Below are positions 34,959 through 42,118 of a stretch of DNA of 64,000 nucleotides, piece after piece. Source of the stretch: Neobacillus sp. (GTDB lineage Bacteria; Bacillota; Bacilli; Bacillales; Cytobacillaceae); NCBI GenBank assembly GCA_040797665.1, contig JBFNER010000020.1, positions 9,124 to 73,123 of the forward strand. Direction: 5' to 3'. Position 1 is the stretch's first letter. The number at the start of each line of letters is the position of its first letter. The notes below the pieces were generated by a model. That model did not search any database. It was not told where the DNA came from and worked only from the letters and a program-made list of their open reading frames with translations. Position numbers and translations under genes: made by a program.

Positions 34959-36482
34959 ATGAAAAAAGTGTTTATATTAATCTTGTTCATTTTATTATTC
35001 ATAGCAGGATGTTCATCAAAGGGAACAGGTAATTCTGAAGAAACAAAAAAAGATAAGGAAATCACCTTTCTCTCTAATTTCCCGAGTGAAACACTTGACC
35101 CGCACCTAAACTACACGGCAGTTCGCGCAGGAATAACAGAAACGTTAGTAAAAGTTAATCAGGAACAGGAGCTTGAGCCGTGGCTTGCCGAGAGCTGGGA
35201 CACAAGTGACGGAGGGAAAACCTGGATTTTCAAGATTAGAGAAAACATCACATTTCAGAATGAAAATCATGTTGATGCTGAAGCCGTTAAAGCTTCTTTA
35301 GAACGCATCATACAAGTAAGTGAAGCAATGAAAAATGCTTTAAAAATAGAAACCATGGAAGCCGACGGACATCATCTAACTATCACAACCGAACAGCCCT
35401 TACCTCATTTTCCTTCCGAGCTTGTCCATCCGAACAGTGCGATCGTAGATGTCAGTGCAGGAGGTATTGAGCAGCAGCCAATTGGAACGGGGCCTTTTAA
35501 AGTCGTTTCCTTTGATCCAAACAGCAAGCTTGCGCTTGTGAAGTACAACGAGTATTGGGATGGTGAGGTTAAGCTTGATCGTGCTACGATGATCTTTAAT
35601 GAGGATGCGAATGCACGGACAACGGCACTGCAATCAGGAGATGCCGACATCGTGTATCGTCCGGCGATTGAAAGTATCGAAACTCTTAAGAATGACAAGT
35701 CAATCAAGACGGATGTCGTTTCAAGTCTCCGGACACATCTGCTCATGTATAACTCCGGAAAAGACGTATTTAAAGACCCTGCATTAAGAAAAGCTTTTGA
35801 TGTCATGATTGACCGTGAAGTAATAGCAGCTGACATCATGGCAGGCCAAGCAACAGCAGCAGAAGGACCTTTCCATGCTGAATCTCCATTCTCGCCGGTT
35901 TATACCGAAAAAGAATTCAGCCTTGATAAGGCAAGAAAATACTTAGAAGAAGCAGGCTATGAGATAAAAGACGGAAAGGCCGTAAAAGAAGGAAAACCCC
36001 TTACGCTTAAACTTATAACCTATTCTTATCGTCCGGAGTTGCCGTTAATTTCACAACTGCTGCAATCCAATGCAAAAGAACTTGGAATTACACTTGAAAT
36101 CCAACAGGTTGAAAATATTGATGAGTATCTAGCAGAAAAATCAGACTGGGATCTGGCGACATACAGCTTAATAACAGCACCAAGAGGCGATGCGAGCTAC
36201 TTCTTAAACTCCGCTTATATGGCAGGGGGAGCCATTAACCCTGGACAAATTAGAAATGATCAGGTTACAGAGCTTATTAAAGAGTTAAACCAAACGTTTG
36301 ATCATGATAAACGGAATGAGCTCTCGAAACTAGCAATCAAAATCATTGATGAAGAGATTCTTCATTCATTTATTGTACACCCTAACAACTTTGTTGCATA
36401 CAAAGATTATGTTCTTAATTGGGAGACAAGTAAGAGTGAATATTACACCCTGACGAAAGATATCGATGTGAGAATTAAATGA
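34959..36482 (+). CDS. ABC substrate-binding lipoprotein, family 5 (NikA/OppA/CntA-like)
   Basis: MKKVFILILFILLFIAGC lipobox and an SBP_bac_5 layout. The ORF track starts 30 nt earlier. Confidence 0.85.
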   Translation: MKKVFILILFILLFIAGCSSKGTGNSEETKKDKEITFLSNFPSETLDPHLNYTAVRAGITETLVKVNQEQELEPWLAESWDTSDGGKTWIFKIRENITFQNENHVDAEAVKASLERIIQVSEAMKNALKIETMEADGHHLTITTEQPLPHFPSELVHPNSAIVDVSAGGIEQQPIGTGPFKVVSFDPNSKLALVKYNEYWDGEVKLDRATMIFNEDANARTTALQSGDADIVYRPAIESIETLKNDKSIKTDVVSSLRTHLLMYNSGKDVFKDPALRKAFDVMIDREVIAADIMAGQATAAEGPFHAESPFSPVYTEKEFSLDKARKYLEEAGYEIKDGKAVKEGKPLTLKLITYSYRPELPLISQLLQSNAKELGITLEIQQVENIDEYLAEKSDWDLATYSLITAPRGDASYFLNSAYMAGGAINPGQIRNDQVTELIKELNQTFDHDKRNELSKLAIKIIDEEILHSFIVHPNNFVAYKDYVLNWETSKSEYYTLTKDIDVRIK

Positions 36483-37420
36483 AACAGATAGGGAAAAGAT
36501 TGCTAGAGCTTGTATTGTTTTTATTTTTGCTTTCCTTCGTCAGCTTCGTGTTCATGAAAGCAGCACCAGGAGACCCGGTAAGGTACATGCTGAACATTGA
36601 CGATGTTTCCATATCAAATGAACAGATCGAAGAGTTAAGAGAAGAGCTGGGATTTAATCAACCTATTTATGTTCAATATTGGAAATGGCTCGTTCGTTTC
36701 TTTCAGTTTGATTTAGGCGAGTCATACATGACTAAGCAGCCGGTTGCGAAAGAGCTTGCGAGCAAAATTCCAGATACTCTTGCCTTAACTTTCTCATCGG
36801 TACTGGTCATGATGATGATTGCAGTGCCGTTTGGAACACTTGCCGCTTTATATAAAAATAAATGGATTGATCACCTTAGCAGAGGATTTTCTTTATTAGC
36901 TGCATCGGTTCCTAGCTTCTGGCTGGGGCTCATATTGATGCAGTTCTTTTCTGTGAAAATGGGGATTCTTCCATCCATGGGCAAAGGAACTCTTCTTCAT
37001 TTAGTGCTGCCTTCCATCACATTGGGCCTTGCAATGGCAGCAGTATACGTGAGACTGCTGCGGTCTAGTTTGCTAGAGAGCCTTGGACAGGACTTTATTC
37101 GCTCAGCAAAGGCACGCGGGTTAAGTTCAAGCAGGATTTTCTTTTATCATGCCTTTAGACACAGTCTGATTCCAGTTATCACGATCTTTGGAGTCAGCTT
37201 AGGAAGTTTGCTTGGCGGAACCGTCATAATAGAAGTTCTTTTTGCCTATCCGGGTGTTGGTAAGCTTGTAGTAGAAGCCATTATCAGAAGAGATTATCCG
37301 GTTATTCAAGGATACATTCTATTCATGGGTCTGTTTGTGGTTACTATTAATCTATTAGTTGACCTGGCTTATCGCTATCTCAATCCGGAAATTCGCTTAA
37401 AGGGGGCAGACCGAGGATGA
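36479..37420 (+). CDS. ABC permease (DppB/NikB-like)
   Basis: ATGA overlap. The EAA loop reads FIRSAKARGLSSSRIFFYHAFRHS. Confidence 0.9.
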   Translation: MKQIGKRLLELVLFLFLLSFVSFVFMKAAPGDPVRYMLNIDDVSISNEQIEELREELGFNQPIYVQYWKWLVRFFQFDLGESYMTKQPVAKELASKIPDTLALTFSSVLVMMMIAVPFGTLAALYKNKWIDHLSRGFSLLAASVPSFWLGLILMQFFSVKMGILPSMGKGTLLHLVLPSITLGLAMAAVYVRLLRSSLLESLGQDFIRSAKARGLSSSRIFFYHAFRHSLIPVITIFGVSLGSLLGGTVIIEVLFAYPGVGKLVVEAIIRRDYPVIQGYILFMGLFVVTINLLVDLAYRYLNPEIRLKGADRG

Positions 37421-38238
37421 ACGCTCGTATAGATACAACAAAATCACTCACCATTCTCCTCGGTGTTTTTGTACTTACCTTGTTCGTTGCACCATATCTA
37501 GCACCATACGATCCCATACAGATAAACATGACCGATCGCTTAAAACCAATGAGCACGGAGCATTTTCTTGGGACAGATCATTTAGGACGGGACGTGTTTT
37601 CAAGAATTCTAACAGGAGCCCAAACCACGGTAGGAACGAGCTTTTTCATTTTAGCTATTTCACTGCTTTTAGGTGTTCCAATTGGTTTAATTTCAGGTTA
37701 TGTGGGAGGGAAACTAGACCGTGTTCTCATGCGGGTAGTGGATGCCTTTATGGCATTCCCTGATTATATCGTGGCAATTATTTTAAGCGGCTTGTTGGGA
37801 CCAGGCATGGTAAATTTAATTTTTGCCATTGTGATGGTCAAGTGGGTTGGCTATGCAAGGCTGGCTAGAAGCACTGTCCTGACTGAAAAACAAAAAGATT
37901 ATATTTTAATCGCCAAACTAAACGGGGTCGGCTCTATTAATATCCTTAGAAGGCATCTGATTCCCCATGTTATTGGGAATGTAATGGTCCTTTCGACCCT
38001 TGATGCAGGAAAGATCATTTTGATGATCGCAGCTCTTTCCTATATTGGGTTAGGAGCTCAGCCGCCAACTCCAGAGTGGGGGGCGATGCTGAATGAGTCA
38101 AAAGCATTCTTCTATAATGCACCGCAATTAATGTTGATTCCCGGTCTATCCATTATGTTGGTCGTTCTAATCTTAAATCTTATTGGAGATTATTTGCGAG
38201 ACCGTTATGACGTGAAAAATCAGAATGGGGGAAATTGA
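37417..38238 (+). CDS. ABC permease (DppC/NikC-like)
   Basis: ATGA overlap. The EAA loop reads YILIAKLNGVGSINILRRHLIPHV. Confidence 0.9.
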   Translation: MNARIDTTKSLTILLGVFVLTLFVAPYLAPYDPIQINMTDRLKPMSTEHFLGTDHLGRDVFSRILTGAQTTVGTSFFILAISLLLGVPIGLISGYVGGKLDRVLMRVVDAFMAFPDYIVAIILSGLLGPGMVNLIFAIVMVKWVGYARLARSTVLTEKQKDYILIAKLNGVGSINILRRHLIPHVIGNVMVLSTLDAGKIILMIAALSYIGLGAQPPTPEWGAMLNESKAFFYNAPQLMLIPGLSIMLVVLILNLIGDYLRDRYDVKNQNGGN

Positions 38239-39035
38239 TGGCTGTCTTAACCATTTCTAATCTAACGATTAAACATAAAGAGGACTCGCTAGTGAAAAAT
38301 GTTAATCTTTGCATAAATGAGGGAGATTGGCTAGCCCTTGTTGGCGAAAGTGGCAGCGGGAAAAGTCTAACAGCATCCTCAATCGGAGGGCTGCTGCCAC
38401 GTGAGTTGATTTCTTCAGGAAGCATTCGCTTGGATGATGTGGAGCTTTCAAACATAAGGGGAAAAGAGTGGCGTACCTATCGCGGGAAAGTTGTTTCCTA
38501 TGTTTTTCAAGATTATCAAGGGGCATTCACGCCGTTTATGACGATTGGGGCCCAATTTGATGAAATGTTAAAAACACATACGAACGATGCAAAAAAACAA
38601 AGAAAAGCTAAAGCCTTGGAATCATTAAGAATAGTAAATCTGCCAGAAGAGCGAGTATATAAGAGTTATCCTTTTCAGCTTAGCGGAGGGCAGCTGCAAA
38701 GAGCCGCAATCGCCATGGCGATGATTCTTAAACCGAGATTGTTGATTGCCGATGAACCAACGACAGCACTTGATAGTATAACGGCAGCCAGTGTCTTGCA
38801 GTTAATTGCCGACTTAAAGCAGGAAACCAACTGTGCTGTATTGTTTATTACACACGACTTACGGCATGTCCGAAAATATGCCAACAAGATGGCTGTCATG
38901 CTAGAGGGAGAAATAGTAGAATCAGGTTGTAAAAATGCCATTCTAAACAAGCCAAAGCATAGCTATACGAAATCATTATTGGCGGCAATACCTTCTCTAA
39001 GAACGTCACCAGAGCGATTATTATCGATTCAATAG
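38238..39035 (+). CDS. ABC ATPase (DppD/NikD-like)
   Basis: Walker A GESGSGKS, LSGGQLQR, LLIADEPTTALD. The ATG overlaps the permease TGA. Confidence 0.9.
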   Translation: MAVLTISNLTIKHKEDSLVKNVNLCINEGDWLALVGESGSGKSLTASSIGGLLPRELISSGSIRLDDVELSNIRGKEWRTYRGKVVSYVFQDYQGAFTPFMTIGAQFDEMLKTHTNDAKKQRKAKALESLRIVNLPEERVYKSYPFQLSGGQLQRAAIAMAMILKPRLLIADEPTTALDSITAASVLQLIADLKQETNCAVLFITHDLRHVRKYANKMAVMLEGEIVESGCKNAILNKPKHSYTKSLLAAIPSLRTSPERLLSIQ

Positions 39036-39057
39036 CAGAATTAGGAGGAACAGCAAC

Positions 39058-39837
39058 TTGGTTACACATAAGCTACTCGTCGTCAAAAATCTAACAAAAC
39101 AGTTTTCATGCGGACATAAAGCAGTTGATCAAGTTTCTTTTGAATTAAAAGGTAATGAATGTCTTGGGATTGTCGGGGAAAGCGGCAGCGGAAAAAGCAC
39201 CTTGGCAAAATGTATCCTGGGACTAGAAAAAGTGGATCAGGGAGAAATTTGGTTAAAAGGAAAGTCACTGCATAAGATTAAAAAGGAAGAGCTTCGTTCA
39301 ATCAGAAGTGAATTGCAAGTTGTATTCCAGAATCCGGCGGCTGCCTTAAATCCAAAACTGAAAATTGTAGATTCCTTAATGGAACCTCTTGATTTTCAGC
39401 CAAATATTGAGCCCTCTTTTTTAAAAGGGATACGGCATCAGCGAGAAAGGACTGCCGAATACTTGCTTGAACTGGTTAACCTTCCAGCGAAGTATTTATA
39501 TTATTATCCACATGAATTAAGCGGTGGACAAAAGCAGAGAGTTACCATAGCAAGAGCGATAAGTATACAGCCTTCGTTAATCATTCTTGACGAGCCGACA
39601 GCAAGCCTGGATGTAACCATACAGGCAAAAATATTAAATTCATTAAAAGATCTTCAACAAAATCTGGGAATCTCATATTTATTTATTTCTCATGATTTGG
39701 CGGCTGTTCATTATATGAGTGACCGAATCATGGTAATGAAACAAGGGCAAGTGGTCGACGAGTGCGATAAACATGATTTGTACTCAGACGGCAGGCACCC
39801 TTATTCAAAGGAGCTATTGCATGTCTTTGATGGATAG
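39058..39837 (+). CDS. ABC ATPase (DppF/NikE-like)
   Basis: TTG follows [36 protein letters not shown]. Confidence 0.9.
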   Translation: MVTHKLLVVKNLTKQFSCGHKAVDQVSFELKGNECLGIVGESGSGKSTLAKCILGLEKVDQGEIWLKGKSLHKIKKEELRSIRSELQVVFQNPAAALNPKLKIVDSLMEPLDFQPNIEPSFLKGIRHQRERTAEYLLELVNLPAKYLYYYPHELSGGQKQRVTIARAISIQPSLIILDEPTASLDVTIQAKILNSLKDLQQNLGISYLFISHDLAAVHYMSDRIMVMKQGQVVDECDKHDLYSDGRHPYSKELLHVFDG

Positions 39838-39890
39838 ATTCGAGGTTTTACTTAAATAGGAAAAAGTAAAAAATCATATATGGGAAAAAA

Positions 39891-39910
39891 GAGCAGTAGA
39901 AAATCTGCTC
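39891..39910 (-). terminator. Terminator of the minus-strand permease operon
   Basis: GAGCAG-N8-CTGCTC. On the minus strand it is followed by TTTTTT. Confidence 0.5.
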
Positions 39911-39915
39911 CTTTA

Positions 39916-40839
39916 CTACATAACTTTAACATTGATTGGATAGAGATACGGCTCTTTAGGTTCTGTGACTACTTTCCATTCGGTAATTTTTATCATCGGT
40001 AGTTCTAAACCATCATAGGGGATTATCTCCACTATCCCTGTCGCTTCAACCCATGTATCTTCTTCAAGTAATGAAGCCTCTGGCAGCTCCGATATAAATC
40101 CGATAATGCTGGCATCAGCAACACAGTGAGTAATTAAAAATCTTGATAGGACAAGCTGGTTTGGCGGAAGACCTTCTTCTTTATATACAAATCCTGTTAA
40201 TTTAATTTCTCTTCCTTTAAACTTTTCAACATCCATATGGATCTCTTCATAATAACTTGAGAAAACCTCTTCAGACATTTCAATCGATGAGCTTTGCTCT
40301 AATTTTTGGATAAGGCGATTGTATTCCTCTTTTGTATATACTTTTCTATCCTTTAAAAGGGAGGGATCTGAAGGGTCAACAGTTAATACTGGCCCCTCTT
40401 GATCACTTGTATTTGTTCCTGGCCTATTTTCAAAAGCTCTATTGGTTATGACAGCCATGCCACCTTTTTTTTCCGCTATCGACGCATCTAGAACTTTTGC
40501 TGGAAGCAGGAACCCAGTAGCTAACGGAAAAATAATAATCAGATAGGATAATAGTTTTCTACTGTTAAAGTGAGAATCCCCATGATCGTGACCACAGTGA
40601 TGGTCATGATCATCGTGCTGGCAAGAGGAATTACCTTTATGCTGTTCTTTAAGGGTCCAAATTCTTGTAGATTGGATAAAAAACAAAATCAAAAATAAAA
40701 CAGAAGCAATCTGACTTAATAGTTCATATTTTGGGTTAATAAATTTGGTCATCTCACCTAGATAATGCATTTTAAAGAGCAGGGCGGAAAAAGATAATAA
40801 AATAAACGCTCTAACAGCCTGCTGAACATGAAACTTCAT
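39916..40839 (-). CDS. TIGR03943/DUF1980-like membrane protein with a His-rich loop, partner subunit of the adjacent permease
   Basis: N-terminal TM pair, the HKGNSSCQHDDHDHHCGHDHGDSH loop, and a C-terminal soluble domain. RBS AAGGAGGGGGG. Confidence 0.65.
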   Translation of the reverse strand: MKFHVQQAVRAFILLSFSALLFKMHYLGEMTKFINPKYELLSQIASVLFLILFFIQSTRIWTLKEQHKGNSSCQHDDHDHHCGHDHGDSHFNSRKLLSYLIIIFPLATGFLLPAKVLDASIAEKKGGMAVITNRAFENRPGTNTSDQEGPVLTVDPSDPSLLKDRKVYTKEEYNRLIQKLEQSSSIEMSEEVFSSYYEEIHMDVEKFKGREIKLTGFVYKEEGLPPNQLVLSRFLITHCVADASIIGFISELPEASLLEEDTWVEATGIVEIIPYDGLELPMIKITEWKVVTEPKEPYLYPINVKVM

Positions 40840-40853
40840 CTAATCCCCCCTCC

Positions 40854-41852
40854 TTATAAAAAGCTTTGTGTGATCATAATTGAAATGAAAACAACAGACG
40901 TAATCAATGCTAGCAGGATTAAAACAAATTTCGCTCGGAACACGCTGAGCATCATGAGTGTATTTTTCAAATCCATCATCGGTCCAAAGATCAAAAATCC
41001 TAGAATCGCTGAAGCTGGGAAAATACTGCTAAAAGAGGCCCCAATAAAGGCATCTGCTTCTGAACATAGTGATAAAACATACGCCAAACCCATCATTATA
41101 GCTGTAGAAGATGCTGTTCCATCGGCTGCTTCTAAGAGTGCTTTTGCAGGCATGTAGGTTTGGACAAGTGCAGCAAGAAAAGCACCTAAAATGAGATATT
41201 TTCCCATATCAAAGAACTCATCAACTGAATGTTTCAGCATGGCCCAGAATCTGCTTAAAAAGCTTTCCTTCTTAGCGTGTGAATGTGTGGCAACTATTTG
41301 TAATGAAGCTTTGAATTGATTCCCCTTAAAAAACCAACTGACGATAAAGGCAACCACCACCGCGATAAAAAAGCCTAGTCCCATTCGTAACCCTGCAATT
41401 TTCATATCGTTCCCAAATGCCATATAGGTAGAGGCAATAACAATGGGGTTAATCAGCGGACCAGTCAGCATGAAACCGATTGCTGCGTGAATAGGGACAC
41501 CTTTCCCAATGAGTCTGCGGACAATCGGGACAATTCCACATTCGCAGGCAGGAAATAGTGCTCCGACGATACAGCTCATGATGACAGCTAAAACCTTATT
41601 TTTGGGTATTAACCGTTGAATATGTTTTTCGGTAACAAAGATTTGGATGATCCCCGCAATAAGAACTCCGATTAATACAAAGGGGAGCGCTTCTATTAAA
41701 ATACTTAAAAAGATTGTATTAAGATTTAGTACAGACGAAGGTATATCAAAAGGAAGAGTATAGCTTGTACTAAATGAAATCAGCAGAAATGCTAGACAAA
41801 GCATACTAATACCAGTAATTTCTAAAATGTTATTTCGAATAATTTGATACAT
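40854..41852 (-). CDS. Permease of the DUF318 / YraQ (ArsP-like) family
   Basis: 332 aa, 8-10 TM, with the paired motifs GALFPACECGIVPIVRRL and SLCSEADAFI. Confidence 0.75.
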   Translation of the reverse strand: MYQIIRNNILEITGISMLCLAFLLISFSTSYTLPFDIPSSVLNLNTIFLSILIEALPFVLIGVLIAGIIQIFVTEKHIQRLIPKNKVLAVIMSCIVGALFPACECGIVPIVRRLIGKGVPIHAAIGFMLTGPLINPIVIASTYMAFGNDMKIAGLRMGLGFFIAVVVAFIVSWFFKGNQFKASLQIVATHSHAKKESFLSRFWAMLKHSVDEFFDMGKYLILGAFLAALVQTYMPAKALLEAADGTASSTAIMMGLAYVLSLCSEADAFIGASFSSIFPASAILGFLIFGPMMDLKNTLMMLSVFRAKFVLILLALITSVVFISIMITQSFL

Positions 41853-41895
41853 TATAGCCTCCTATTGCAGAAATTTTCTGCTTGCTTCATTATAA

Positions 41896-41918
41896 CAAAT
41901 CGTAACAATTACGTTTTG
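41896..41918. promoter_or_regulatory. Zur box overlapping the -10 region of the minus-strand permease operon
   Basis: CAAATCGTAACAATTACGTTTTG has the core TCGTAAC-A-ATTACGT versus TCGTAAT-N-ATTACGA. On the minus strand it is followed by TTATAAT. Confidence 0.65.
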
Positions 41919-42118
41919 AATTCTAGAATATATCTATGAATTTGTAAATAAGAATATGACTTTTTTAGATTTTTTGACAAATTTATGAGACCTGTTAACA
42001 CAGAATTTTTTCCCTGATTTTTGCAATGATTTCTATTAAATTGGTAATAGTATAAAATCTTGTTTGATGCTATGATAGTTTTGCAATATAGATAGATTAT
42101 TTAGGGGGATTGTTTTAT

